This document shows, piece after piece, positions 39,112 to 53,050 of a stretch of 64,000 bases of DNA (position 1 is its first letter; each line of letters starts with the position of its first letter). The stretch is taken from positions 194,618,001 to 194,682,000 of the forward strand of contig OX597815.1 of assembly GCA_951406725.2 (NCBI GenBank). The letters run 5' to 3'. The notes under the pieces were generated by a model. The model did no database searches, was not told where the DNA came from, and worked only from the letters and a program-made list of their open reading frames with translations. The position numbers and the translations under genes were made by a program. This DNA is from Octopus vulgaris (lineage: Eukaryota).

Positions 39112-39332
39112 TTGTGTGTGTGTTTGTCTCCCTAGCATTGCTTGACAACCGATGCTGGCGTGTTTACGTCCCCGTCACTTAGTGGTTCGGCAAAAGAGAC
39201 CGATAGAATAAGTACTGGGCTTACAAAGAATAAGTCCCGGGGTCGATTTGCTTGACTAAAGGCGGTGCTCCAGCATGGCCGCAGTCAAATGACTGAAAAA
39301 ATTAAAAGAGTAAAGAGTAAAGAGTAAAGAGT
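38893..39332 (+). mobile_element. SINE family B, full length
   Basis: aggcgcaggagtggct head to (AAAGAGT)n tail. Confidence 0.92.
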
Positions 39333-39684
39333 ATCAAATACATTTGCCCGAATCATTGGAATTGTTTACATTTCAGATCAACCAAATTTTACAATCACCA
39401 AACTTCCCTGAGCCTCTTGATTTTAGCTATTATTTAGTTTTTTGATATTGTTAAAGCTTTCCCTGTCAAACTCAAATATATATAAAACAAATATCAGATC
39501 ATTATAGAATCAAAAATCTTATCCTTATCAGTGACGGAAGTTTTCTTTTGTTAAATATGGTACGCCCATTATTAGACCGAGCTGAACAGGTTCTGTAATT
39601 AATTCTGAAAGTATATATAGATGTTTGAAAATCGATGAGAAAATCGGTCAATATAACAATTATTATAATGTCTCAGACTAATTA

Positions 39685-40015
39685 GGCAGCGTGCTGGCAG
39701 AATCGTTACCGTATCGGGCAAATGCTTCGCGGCATTTCTTCCGACTTTACGTTCTGAGTTCAAATGCTGTCGCTGTCGACTTTACCTCTGAAGGCAGCGA
39801 GCTGGCAGAATCTTTTGCATGCCGGGCTAAATGTCTATTTGCATTTCGTCTGTCTTTACATTCTGAGTACAGATTCCGCTGTGGTCGACTTTACCTTTCA
39901 TCCTTTCGGGGTCGATAAATTAAGTATCAGTAGTATCAGTTAAGTACTGGGGTCGATACAATCGACCTACACCTTCCCCCAAATTGCTGTCCCCGGGCCA
40001 AAAATTTGAAATCAA
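39685..40015 (+). mobile_element. SINE family A, older copy with duplicated head
   Basis: Two ggcagcg.gctggcagaatc heads followed by the core; aatgt.tctcagactaa on both sides. Confidence 0.8.
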
Positions 40016-40265
40016 TGTGTCTCAGACTAAGAAATAGATAAACAGATTATCATAAGTTAAAACTCAGTCTAACCATTTCGAAGAAACATTGCTCTCAAGG
40101 CTAGTAGGAATATCAGCTGATAATGAGTAAATTATCATTATATTCGCCTCAATGGCTGTGCTGTAAGTGATTTTTATTGTCAGCTTTCTGAATATCGCCT
40201 GTGTTATTTTATGCATCTCCAAACTTCACTGGAATCGTATCAGTGACCAGGTCAGCATTATTATT

Positions 40266-40711
40266 GGATCTTTTCGGTTTGAACGGCAGTTTTTAAAAAT
40301 AATTTCTACGTAACTAAACACTTTTAAACTTCGATTACTGGTAGAATGTGTTTATAAAACATCTTTTTCTCTTGGCTTTATTGAGAAAATTCTATAGTTT
40401 GTAAGATATTTGTTATTGTTTTTTCTTCAATTTCTGCAATTTCAACCAATCAATGACGTCTACTGAGGTGAAAACATTCTGTGCCGTATGAATATGCCCC
40501 TCGTTTAAGAAACTGATTGGGTTTATTTACATTTCTGAAGAAAAAAATATACCCTTCCCTCCACCCCTAATCCTAACCCTAACTAACCCTAACTAACTCT
40601 AACCCAAAAACAGATTGAAATGCAATAGATCGATACTAGGGTCATAATTATGGGTGACAATTTCATATGACACCGCTAGAAAAAAAACTGCCGTTCAAAC
40701 CGAAAAGATCC
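40266..40711. mobile_element. MITE with ~29-bp TIRs and 8-bp TSD (Merlin- or MULE-like)
   Basis: ggatcttttcggtttgaacggcagttttt and aaaaactgccgttcaaaccgaaaagatcc; TTATTATT on both sides; internal CCCTAA-like repeats at 40565-40605. Confidence 0.88.
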
Positions 40712-42259
40712 TTATTATTCGGCACCAAATAATAAATGTTTAAGTGAAGTCACCAATCTTTGGGTATTTTGGATGGCTAGTATGTGCGCTCAAAGTTGTC
40801 ACTGTTTTAGTTTCAACTCATGGTCTCGGATCAAATCCCTTGCCAGACAGGTGTATTTACAAACTTCATAATTTTTTAAAATAAAAACGGATAAAATAAA
40901 TAATTATATGCGATGATAAAATATATGTCTCGTATCTCTCTCTTGGACGCCACTTACTTTGGCTGCAGCACTATTACTGCCATAGCAACAAGCTTTACTA
41001 TTCTAGCTACGAATTCTATAATAACGTTGTCGCATACAATGGGGAAGATTTTCAACACAACTTGCAACAACCACAACAATGACAAAAGCAATTGGGACAA
41101 TAATGAAATCTTCAACGACAATAACAACAACATCATCCAAGGATTTTACTTTCAATAGAAAATATTTATCGGTTTTGCTAGTCTCAAAGGAATACACTAG
41201 AAGTAGAAACAAGAAAACCTGGAAAAAATACTAAGAAAAAGAATAAGTAACTGCTATAACGTCTCAGCAACATCTCCGCTGCACAATACAAAATGAAACA
41301 CTGCCAACATCACTACAGATTCAATCACCGGTAAAAATATCAACAACAAAAAGTTATAACAAAGTAGCTGCAACTTCAAACGTTACAGGAAAATTAGCCA
41401 ACCATCTGCAAGAAATAAGCGGTGTTCGTTAAGTTGTCCACAAAGAAGGATGAAAAATATTGTAAACGTGGTTCAGGAATTCATACTGATATTTACCTAA
41501 AATTGTTGCAAGCTTAGACAGCGTGACGATACCTGCACACGTACAAAGATATTCTGAAAGCAGTCCAACAGCAAAAGAGGTTTTGTAGGTTGTGGCAAAG
41601 ACAACGGCAACGGTGACTGTCAGACACATCAAGGAAACCGAAAAAGAGGCGCCCTGCTATCCTATCTGAAAGTGAAAATTTCATTCTTACACTATTTTAT
41701 ATTCCCCGGCGTATGACTAAGCTGAGGCAGGTGGACCTGGTTCGAGAACTATACAACTGATCTTTGTAGAAGCTGTGTGGTCCGATAAAGGTAAAAGATT
41801 ATGGTGATACAAAAGATACAAAAAGAATATTCGTTGAGTTTGGGCGTAGGTTTCTTAGTCCAATCTAATCGAAAAAGGCTGGAAGCAATCGCCGAACTGA
41901 CAGAGTTGACTAAACTGAAGTAAGCAGTTTGTAACGGGGAAAAAGCAAGGCCCAAATGTCGCATATGTAGTACCCCATATCACTTAAGGTGCTTTTGACT
42001 ATAGTAAAGAACAAGAAAGCTAAGGTTTGCTACAGCTGCAGACTCCACATAAACAATTAACTTCAAAAACATAATCAACAAGATAACCTGCAGCAGTACC
42101 AAATGGCAACAACTACAACAACAGCAACAATGACAGTAATAAGAATAGAGACCAATTCCACTACCCAACAGTGCTTGCTGTTCCACTAACAGGAAAAGTA
42201 AAAACCTTCCTGCACCAAGTAGGGAACAATACAATAAATATTCGCGTACACACTTGTAT

Positions 42260-42662
42260 GGTGGCAAGCCGGCAGAATCGTTAGCACGCCGGGCGAAATG
42301 CTTAGTGGTATTTCGTCTGCATTACGTTGTGAGTTCAAATTCCGCCGAGGTCGACTTTGCCTTTCATCATTTCGGGGTCGATAAATTAAGTACCAGTTAC
42401 GCACTGGGGTCGATGTAATCGACTTAATACCTATGTCTGTCCTTGTTTGTTCCCTCTGTATTTAGCCCCTTGTGGGTAATAAAGAAATAGGTATTTTGAT
42501 CGTATTTACGTTCTGAGTTCAAATTCGGCATAAGTCAACTTTGATTTTCATCCTTTCAGGGTCAATGAAATAAGTACCAGTTGAGCACTGGGGACAATGC
42601 AATCGACTAGCTACCGCCCCTCAAATTTCAGGCCTTGTGCGTTTAGTAGAAAGGAATATTAT
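42260..42662 (+). mobile_element. SINE family A, dimer
   Basis: Same architecture as 4117-4517. Confidence 0.9.
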
Positions 42663-42931
42663 TATTTGCATTTCCTTGCGTACTTCGAAAGTACAAAAGA
42701 AGCAGAAGAACGCAAGGCAACACGATGTTTCCAGATTTCAGAAATGGAACACACACACATAAATACATGATTACATGCATATATATATATTACCAAGCAC
42801 ATATACACATACAAGCACACGTACCCAAATGTGTGTATGCCTATACGTGTATATATATATATAGGCATATATGTATGTATATATATATATATGTCAGTGC
42901 ATGTATATACAAATGTATATATGTGTCCGTG

Positions 42932-43376
<445 letters not shown>

Positions 43377-43753
43377 ATGTATGCAAACATGTTACGATAT
43401 TCACACATGGATAAATAGATACGAAATAAGAATTTAAAAGCTCGGGAGTCGTTGTGTGCTTTGCCTCTTGCTTGTCGAGTGTGGCACATTTTAATCAACA
43501 CTTCCGCTGTTTGTATCAAGTTCATAATAAAAGACGTCATTAATGAAAGCAGAATTGTCTTTCGCACATCGACCGAGACAGCTTGGCACCAACCTCAACG
43601 TAAAAAAAGGCTTTGTTCTTTCTTTATCGTATTGTTTTTTGTTTTTCGTGTTTATTTTTGTTTCGTTTTACTTGCGTTAAAGATAAGACCTGAGCACTGA
43701 ATTCTTAAAACGAAGAAAAATACGTAGTCTTCAGAGACATAACCCCCATACTT

Positions 43754-43828
<75 letters not shown>

Positions 43829-44419
43829 CACACACACACACATATATATATAAATACGTTGATATGTGTGTGTCTGTTTGTATGAGTGTGTGTATGTGTG
43901 TGTCTTGATATATATATATATATATATATATCAAGACACACACATACATACACACACTCATACAAACAGACACATAAGTGTGTGTGCGTGTGTATGCGTG
44001 CGCGAGTGGTGAGACAAATGGGAAGGATAATACATGGTTAGAATTAAGATTTCTACTAGTTTTATTTATGAATTCACGTGAGATGAATAGTAAATGCCTA
44101 GGATCTCTGTTAATCCACCTTGCTTGGTGAAATTCATGTTGTTCTTATATAGCTTGATATTAGGTACAAGTGTTTTTACAAGAGACGAATAAATGAAAAG
44201 GGAATTTCAGAGGATAGCAGGCGCTAAGGACGATCGAACGAAGGAATATAAATCGCGCAATCTGAGCTTTAAGTTTTTAGCATGGCTCAAGAAAATGAAA
44301 CAAGAAATGAATATGGGTTCAAATGCAGGTCTCAGGCAATGATGAATTTTTTGAAGAGCAATCCTTATAGTAATATTAGAAGAAGGAGATAATATAAACG
44401 GTGTACACATTAACTGATG

Positions 44420-45008
44420 TTTGGATCAAGTGTAGACCGAGGTTGGGCATGTGGCATGCAGAGTGCCATCAGGCACTCGTGCTTCTCTCCCAGATGGGCA
44501 TCGCCGGTGGCGGGGGTACTACCTCGTTCTTCTATAGAGGGTTAGTAGAGTTTAAGTGGAACGAGGTCCCGGGAGAAACCCTAGGCTTCGACGACGATCA
44601 ACTGGCCAACCTGTTCCAAAGAACATTCGGGCCGGGGCCTATGGATAATTGCCAGAAGTCCCTGGCCTGGCAATGTTACAGAGGAGCTTTACCGTTTCGA
44701 AATAAGCTCTTTAGATACGTGTGAGCGTCTTCGCTGGTTTGTGCAAGACGCGATAAGGACAGTGGAAATATCCTGTACGCGATTGTGCAATGCCCCAAGG
44801 TGACTGAGCTCTGGTCTTATGTCGAACACCTGCTGTCGCATTCGAGAAAAGTACAACTGTCGAGCGAATTTGTAATTAAGATCGTTCCGCAGACCTCCCT
44901 GAATAGGGAGGAGCAAGCTTGTTTTCTCTCAGTAGTTGCTGTGGCGAAAGAAGTAGTATGGAAGACGAGAGTGAATGGAATTGCAACTGGCTTGTTCATC
45001 TCCAGTCT
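44420..45008 (+). mobile_element. Tx1/L1-clade LINE ORF2 C-terminal (zf-RVT) fragment
   Basis: KSLAWQCYRGALPFRNKL followed after frameshifts by QCPKVTELWSYVEHLL...AKEVVWKTR. Confidence 0.75.
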
Positions 45009-45329
45009 CTGGTACTTATTTATCGACCCCGAAAGGATGAAAGGCAAAATCGACCTCGGCGGAATTTGAACTCAGAACGTAGCGGCAGACGAAATACCTA
45101 TTTCTTTACTACCCACAAGTGGCTACACACAGAGGGGACAAACAAGGACAGACAAACGGATTAAGTCGACTACATCGACTCCAGTGCGTAATTGGTACAT
45201 AATTTATCGACCCCGAAAGGATGAAAGGCAAAGTCGACCTCGGCGGAATTTGAACTCGGAACGTAACGGCAGACGAAATACGGCTACGCATTTCGCCCAG
45301 CGTGCTAACGTTTCTGCCAGCTCGCCGCC
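45009..45329 (-). mobile_element. SINE family A, dimer, 3'-truncated
   Basis: Reverse complement of family A. Confidence 0.9.
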
Positions 45330-45596
45330 TTAAACAGACGGGCAATAAGAAGAGCGCGATATTATTTTTAATACATAGAAACTGATACTGTTTTTGGAAT
45401 TGAACCATATTTTAACATTGTGGCTCTCTTCCTGGGTTTCAAAATGAAAAATCAAAAGAACGTTGAAATGCAAAAATTCAAAATATGACCGAGAATATCC
45501 TGCGTTCTTTTTAAGACGAAATTTCATTTTCATATTCTTGTCCTCCTCATTCTCCTCCTCCTCTTCCTCCTCCTCTTCTTCTTCTTCTTCTTCCTC

Positions 45597-45642
<46 letters not shown>

Positions 45643-45651
<9 letters not shown>

Positions 45652-46977
45652 GCTGTCCCAGTTATAAGTTACAGCTACAATATCCTTAACTGGACACGAA
45701 ATGAACTGTCCACAATAGATAGGAAAACAAGAAAAATAATGACAGGATCTAGGATGCATCACCCAAAATCTGACATAGAAAGACTATATATACAACGTAT
45801 AGAAGGTGGTAGAGGCCTTATACAGCTGGAAAACTACTATAAAATAACCACCATAGGACTGCAAAAATATCTACTTCAGAAGGAAGGGAAAACTGATCCA
45901 GATAGCGGCAAAACACGAGCAAAACAAAAAACTGTTCTCAGTATTTAAGGAAGCTGACAAATACAAACAATAAATCATACGAGCTAATAAACATGAAGAA
46001 GAAGAAGAAGAAGATGAAGAAACAACAAAAGCTATAAAACAAATGAAATCCAAACTAAAAATAGAACAGCAACGAACCATGATAAAACGATGGCAAGAAA
46101 AGCCCCTTCATGGTAAATACTGGATTAAACTAAACGCAAAAGAAATAGACAAAGAAAAATCCCAGCAATGGTTGAGAAACTCAGGACTCAAAGCAGAGAC
46201 AGAGGGATTTTTAATTGCAGCACAAGACCAAAGCCTCCCCACCAGAAATTACCAAAAACATGTAATGAAAAGAAATATTACAGGTAACTGCAGAATATGT
46301 GGAGATGGACAAGAAACAATAAATCATATTATCTCTAGCTGCCCAGTCCTGGCTAAGAAGGAATATATTCACAGACATGACAGAGTTGGAACCTACATAC
46401 ATTGGAAGCTATGCCAACATTATGGAATAACAACAGAAAAAAGATGGTATAGGCACACACCAGAAAAGGTCACAGAAAACGAGAAAGCAACCATACTCTG
46501 GGATATGCCGATACACACAGATAGAGAAATTAAGACCAACAGACCAGATATAGTTGTCAGAGATCATGAAGAAAAAAAATGCTTTCTAATTGATGCATTA
46601 ATACCGGCTGATGACAACGTGTCTCTAAAAGAAATGGAGAAACTCTCAAAATTCAAAGACCTGGAAATAGAGGTAACTAGAATGTGGAATCTGAAAACAG
46701 AAACAATTCCTATCATAGTAGGTACATTAGGCATGATAAAAAAATATTCAGACAAATACATAACAAAAACACCAGGACTTACAAACACATATAACATACA
46801 GAAAATTGCACTACTAGGCACTGCACACATCCTACGCAGAACACTTTCCATACAATAACCATCAGAGCATCACAACAAATCACAGCACATACCCAAGGCA
46901 CACAGAGCTGCGCTCGGTAGTGAAGTGAAAGCACGCTATAAAAATAAAACTACTGAATAATAATAATGATAATAATA
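45643..46977 (+). mobile_element. Dong/R4-clade non-LTR retrotransposon, 5'-truncated, in (AAT)n
   Basis: RT C-terminus ERLYIQRIEGGRGL, then CCHC finger and restriction-like endonuclease; ~100-bp 3'UTR; (AAT)n on both sides; frameshift near 45890. Confidence 0.92.
46043..46858 (+). pseudogene. Zinc knuckle plus RLE endonuclease part of the R4/Dong ORF (271-aa open segment)
   Basis: AAQDQ, CRICGDGQETINHIISSC, RHDRV, NRPDIV...LID...EMEKLSKFKDL motifs. Confidence 0.9.
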
Positions 46978-47335
46978 GATAAGACGTAGAGCGTGATGCG
47001 ATGCAGTAGATAATTTATTGGTTGAACGACAGTAAGTCTGCCTTTGTCGATTTCAAATTGAAAATTAATTAAAAATTCAAAATTTTAGAAATTCAGGTCC
47101 TCTCTTTTCCTTTTCGCAGGTTATAAAGATTATAACTTTCAAAAACTGATGATGTCATTCCGTCAACGTGTGTACACTACTTGTTCTCGTTCATACTTTA
47201 CACTTGAAATTCTAAAATTTTGAATTTTTATTACTTTTTTAATTTGAAGTCGACAAACACAGACTTACTGTCGAAATATCGTTCAACCAATGAAATGTCT
47301 ATTGCAATCGCATCGCGCTCTTTGTCTCGTCTGTT
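46976..47335. mobile_element. Foldback/MITE-like element with ~120-bp diverged inverted arms
   Basis: 46976-47097 aligns to the reverse complement of 47203-47335 (attggttgaacga, cagtaagtctg, aaaaattcaaaattttagaa shared). Confidence 0.75.
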
Positions 47336-47389
47336 TACCTTTGTGAAGAGCTACGTGAACCCTTTTAAAATAACAACAACAGCAACAAC

Positions 47390-47460
<71 letters not shown>

Positions 47461-47514
47461 TAATAAAATAATAATAATAATATTAATAATAATAATAATA
47501 ATAATAAAAATAAA

Positions 47515-47596
<82 letters not shown>

Positions 47597-47599
<3 letters not shown>

Positions 47600-47804
47600 T
47601 TCAGACAAATACATAACAAAAACACCAGGACTTACAAACACATATAACATACAGAAAATTGAACTACTAGGCACTGCACACATCCTACGCAGAACACTTT
47701 CCATACAATAACCACCAGAGCATCACAACAAATCACAGCACATACCCAAGTCACACAGAGCTGCGCTCGGTAGTGAAGTGAATGCACGCTATAAAACAAA
47801 ACTA

Positions 47805-47842
<38 letters not shown>
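47597..47842 (+). mobile_element. Dong/R4 3' end, copy 2, in (AAT)n
   Basis: Near-identical to 46744-46960; flanked by (AAT)n. Confidence 0.92.
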
Positions 47843-47898
<56 letters not shown>

Positions 47899-48274
47899 TC
47901 ATAACAGGATTAATTGAAAATTAATGATCAGTGCAGTGCGTAATGTAATCATTCAAAGTAATTTGCTTAAGCTAATCCTTTGTTGTGGGCATTATTGATT
48001 AATCATCTCAGTTATCTGATTAACTAAATCCCTGAATTAATATTCCAGCCTAACCATCACCCTAATTTTAGAATTAGACCATAATATACTACATCATCCA
48101 ATAAGTCATTCCATGTTTGAGAGTGTAGGGGTGTTTGATAAGAAGGGTTTGAATGCTATTGAAAACGCAACGAGCAATGATCGTTAGACATGCAGGCAAT
48201 AGTTTGTTTCTGGTTCCATAGAATAAAATGTCTGTAGTAGAAACAGAATACAAAGGGTTTAGTGAAACGTTAAT

Positions 48275-48604
48275 ATTCTGGCATTCCGTCTGTTACGACG
48301 ACGAGGCTTCCAACTGATCCGATCAACGGAACAGCTTGCTCGTGAAATCAATGTGCAAGTGGCTGAGTACTCCACAGGCACGCGTACACTCAACGTAGTT
48401 CACTGGGAACTTCAGGGTGACACAGAATGGGACAAGGCTGGCCCTTTTTGAAATACAGTTACTACTCACTTTTGCCAGCTGAGTGGACTGGAGCAACGTG
48501 AAATGGAGTGTCTTGCTCAAGGACACAACGCGTCGCCGGGAATTGAACTCACGACCTTACGATCGTGAACCGAATGCCCTAACCACTAAGCTTCGTGCCT
48601 TCAC
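48275..48604 (-). mobile_element. SINE family C variant
   Basis: Minus-strand head gaaggcacgaagcttagtggttagggc...gagttcaattcccggcg; ccttgagcaagacact; cagtccactcagctgg. Confidence 0.85.
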
Positions 48605-48686
48605 ATGCATAAAAGGACCAACAAACTAAACTAAGACTAAATTTGCAACTAAGAAATGGTAAGTGGTTACAGTTTTTATTTCATAC

Positions 48687-48775
<89 letters not shown>

Positions 48776-48999
48776 TATGTACCGTTCATTGTTCATCCGA
48801 AACAGCTGTAAAGTTGAACTTTCACAACCTTACTTTTGTTTATTGGTATTCGCAACCTTACACGTAAATACACTCGTTACGCCTACATTTATATACATTT
48901 TTATTTCTATGTATGATGTATCCATGTATGCATGCATGTGTGCATGTATGCGTATATGTCTGTATGTATGTGTGAATGTATGTATGTCTGTATATATGT

Positions 49000-49250
49000 A
49001 ATCATTCAGTTTTATTTCAAGATTTCTCTCAATAGAGAAAGAGCTGCTTTCTAACCTAGAAACAACCTAGATTCCTTCACTAGAATTTCAACCTTAGCAA
49101 CAAGGTATTTATGTATGTATGTGCTTATGTATGCATGTATACGTGCAGATTTGTATGTTTTGTTTTGTGTTTTGTCTTTTCATGCATATACTTGCATATC
49201 TAGATATACTCATATATACTTAGCTGATAAAATTCTGGAAAATTTTATCT
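49000..49250 (+). repeat. Unclassified interspersed repeat (also 49935-50044 plus 51318-51510, and 63950-64000)
   Basis: Shared ttatttcaagat...caata.agaaaga and gtgcagatt.gtatgttttgtttt; the second copy is split by the mariner element. Confidence 0.65.
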
Positions 49251-49771
49251 ATGTATGTACGTGCGTACGTACGTATATATGTATGCATGTATGGATGGAT
49301 GCTATGAATGCATATGTGTTCATGATTGTGTTTGTGCTTACTGGTGTTGTGCAAAAAGCATAACTGATTCGATGAATAATACATCAATAAAATTAGAAAC
49401 AGAAAATATATACTGGGATCTATATGGGTTTTCTAGAAACACTTTGACTTGATGTTTTGCATGACCGGAGTCGACAGAACGAAATGTTATCTTGAAAACA
49501 TGTAAGCAAAGCAAAAAATGCAGAATAGAAATAATTGTTGACACAATCTTCTCATTAAATATAGCACGCAAAACTTGCTGTGCAATGCAATCAAGGAAAT
49601 GTGTTATATTTTAAAGAAACAGAGGAAAACAAAAAGGAAAACAAAAGATTTAATATTCTATTTTCACAGCTATATTAAGTTAGCATTCATATTATATTGA
49701 AATTTGAAAGCATAAAGCATAAAGTCATTTTGAATTTCCACACCACTGATAATTCAATATGATTAACACAC

Positions 49772-49831
<60 letters not shown>

Positions 49832-49902
49832 GGAGAGAGAAAGAGATAGATAGATAGATAGATAGATAGATTGATAGATACATAGATAGAGAGATATGTC
49901 AT

Positions 49903-49933
<31 letters not shown>

Positions 49934-50045
49934 GTTATTTTTCAGTATTATTTCAAGATGTCTTGCCAATAAAGAAAGATCCCAGGCTCCTTCGTGAATT
50001 TCAGCATCAACAGGATATGTCTGTATGTGTGTATGTATGTATGGA

Positions 50046-51310
50046 CGAGGGTTGTTCATTAAATATTTCCCCTAAGCTATTTCCCAAATATGAAATTTGT
50101 CATAATTATTAGTCGTTCTCTATATACCCACCACAAATGGTGACACCCTTCTCCCATCGCTTTATGCAGCTGTGAGGACCTCGTCTATAGAAATCGGTTG
50201 CTTGCGTCTGGAGCCAAAACTTTACCTCGGAAATAAGTTCATTATCATCGGAAAAGTGCCTCCCCTTCAAAAAGACTTCATAGCTGGAAGGAGGTGGAAG
50301 TCAGATGTGCCGTGGTCGGGAGAGTAAGGGGATGAGGAAGGATTTCATAGCTGCAGCAGCGTGCTTTCATCTGGGCAACATGCGCATTGTGAACTAGGGT
50401 GTTGTCTTGGAGGAGGCGGACTCCTTTGGTCAGCATGCTACGCCTCTTTGCTTTGATGGCGTCCCGCAATTTCGGCAGCAGCGAAGCATAATATTTGATT
50501 GTGGTGCCCTTTGCCAGAAAATCCATCATCACTACTTCGCATTAGTCCCAAAAGTCTGTGAGCATTACCTTACCTGCTGAGGTTTGGACATGAGCCTTCT
50601 TTGAAGGTGGTGAGTTGTCATACTTCCATTGCTTCGACTAGACTTTAGTCTCAGGATCATAGTGATGGACCCATATTTCATCCTGTGTGACAAGTCTGTT
50701 GAAAAAGCTTTCGCTTTCTTGGAACATTACCAAATGTCTTTGGGAGCAATTGACTCGTTCCTGCTTCTGAAAAGGTGTGTGCATATGGGGAACCCATCGT
50801 GCAGACAACCTCCGCATGTTCAAATTGTCGTGAATGACTTTTCCCAAGAACTCTTCAACTATCTTCACTTCTTAGGCTAGTTGCTGAATAGTTATGCAGT
50901 GATCCTCCAAAATGGCGGCTTCAACTTTATGGATGGTGTCGTCATCAACGGCAGAATGTGATCGTCCGTCCAGGAGTAGGAGCAATTTCCACCTATGTCC
51001 GACCACATTTAAACTGGCGATGCCAGTGCTAAACTATGCCATATGATAGTGCACCGTCACCATAAACTTTCTTCATTTCATCGAAAGTCTCTTTTGGTGT
51101 ACGACCCTTCAAGCATAAGAACCTGATCACTGATCTACATTCAACTGCCTCCATTATAACACCTTAGTTCACTTCAGCAGCCGTAGAAGACAAACGAACA
51201 CTAGTGGAAAGCTGCAATTTACCATGTGACATGCAGAGACATGTATACTTATACATGTATAAGTTCTGTTTCCTGCAATAACCGGAAGTGGGTCAAAGGA
51301 ATTCTTTAAT
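50046..51310 (-). mobile_element. mariner-family transposon with dead transposase (~50109-51154)
   Basis: Left end cgagggttgttcattaaatatttcccct, right TIR degraded. Peptides MEAVECRSVIRFL, SARWVPH, TQDEIWVHHYDPETK, LLQDN; stops and frameshifts. Confidence 0.92.
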
Positions 51311-51624
51311 TCTTTAATGTATATGTGCAGATTGGTATGTTTTGTTTTTATGTATGTATTTTATGCTTATAGTTGTATGTCTAGACACGTTCATATATAT
51401 ACTTAAATGATAATTTTATGGAGAGTTTTACAAATTTTACAGTTCCAGTGATGGCTTGAATCCGTAGTCTTTGAATTAGCTTTCTCCTTTCTGGTTTTGA
51501 GAAGCCTAATTTGCCTTTCATCCTTTCGTTGTCGATGAATTAAATACCAGTTGTGTACTGGGGTCGATTTAAATGACAACTTTCTACTCTAGGCCTAGTG
51601 CCTAAAGTGCCTAAAGTAGAAAAG

Positions 51625-51666
<42 letters not shown>

Positions 51667-52119
51667 TAGTTTTATTTTTATAGCGTGCTTTCACTTCACT
51701 ACCGAGCGCAGCTCTGTGTGCCTTAGGTATGTGCTGTGATTTGTTGTGATGCTCTGATGGTTATTGTATGGAAAGTGTTCTGCGTAGGATGTGTGCAGTG
51801 CCTAGTAGTGCAATTTACTGTATGTTATATGTGTTTGTAAGTCCTGGTGTTTTTGTTATGTATTTGTCTGAATATTTTTTTATCATGCCTAATGCACCTA
51901 CTATGATAGGAATTGTTTCTGTTTTCAGGTTCCACATTCTAGTTACCTCTATTTCCAGGTCTTTGTATTTTGAGAGTTTCTCCATTTCTTTTAGAGACAC
52001 GTTGTCATCTGCCGGTATTGATATATCAATTAGAAAGCATTTTTTTCTTCATGATCTCTGACAACTATATCTGGTCTGTTGGCCTTAATTTCTCTATCTG
52101 TGTGTATCGGCATATCCCA

Positions 52120-52120
<1 letters not shown>
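51625..52120 (-). mobile_element. Dong/R4 3' end, copy 3, in (ATT)n
   Basis: Reverse complement of 46499-46960; flanked by (ATT)n on both sides. Confidence 0.92.
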
Positions 52121-52171
<51 letters not shown>

Positions 52172-52557
52172 TGGCTGTGAATGTACGAGTTTAACAAGAT
52201 GGATATTTCCAACAATACTTGACGCAATAAAGTGTAGCGTGTACTGCAAGAATAGAGCCGTATTTAAAACAGCTGTGTTCAAATATATAAACACATGGTG
52301 TCTGGTTTGGTTCATTTTACCAAGAAATATTCCGTATTTCAATAGCATAAAACATGACGCCTCCATTTGTTTTCAAACGCGAAGGCAGGCTAGAATGTAG
52401 TGAACGTAGAACGTAAACACATATGCCGAGATTCAAGTTAAAGCGCCTTCAATGGAAAATGCAAAAAAGGTGAGTGAAATATTAATTCGGATGGAGTAAA
52501 AAAAATCAGTACAATATGTATGAAAGAAACGAAAATGTCAGCACTTCCGTCAATAAC

Positions 52558-53050
52558 CCCACCACGACGACGACCACCACCACCAGGAACACCACCATTA
52601 CTACACCATCACCAACATCACCATCACCACCACCACCACCAAACCATGAACATCACTACCACTATTATTACCAATACCAAACCAACACCACCACCACCAC
52701 CACCACAACTATCACTACCACTAAAGCCGCCACCACCACTGCCACCTCCACTACCACCAAAAGACCATCACTTTCATTACCACTACCACTGCTACCACCA
52801 CCACCACCACCACCTATATCGCCACCGCCGACATTGCCACTACCACAACCACCGCTATCACAACTGTCATCTGCACCACCAAACCACCATCACCATTACC
52901 ACCACCAGCAGTAGCAGCAGGACAACCTTCAAAATCACCACCATTGCCACCGCCAGAACCACCACTATGTCCACCACCAACACTATACCATCACCTTCAT
53001 CAGAACCAGTACCACCACCACCAACAACAACAAAAACAACAGTAACAACA
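52558..53050. repeat. Degenerate (CCA/ACC)n trinucleotide tract
   Basis: Directly visible low-complexity region. Confidence 0.85.
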
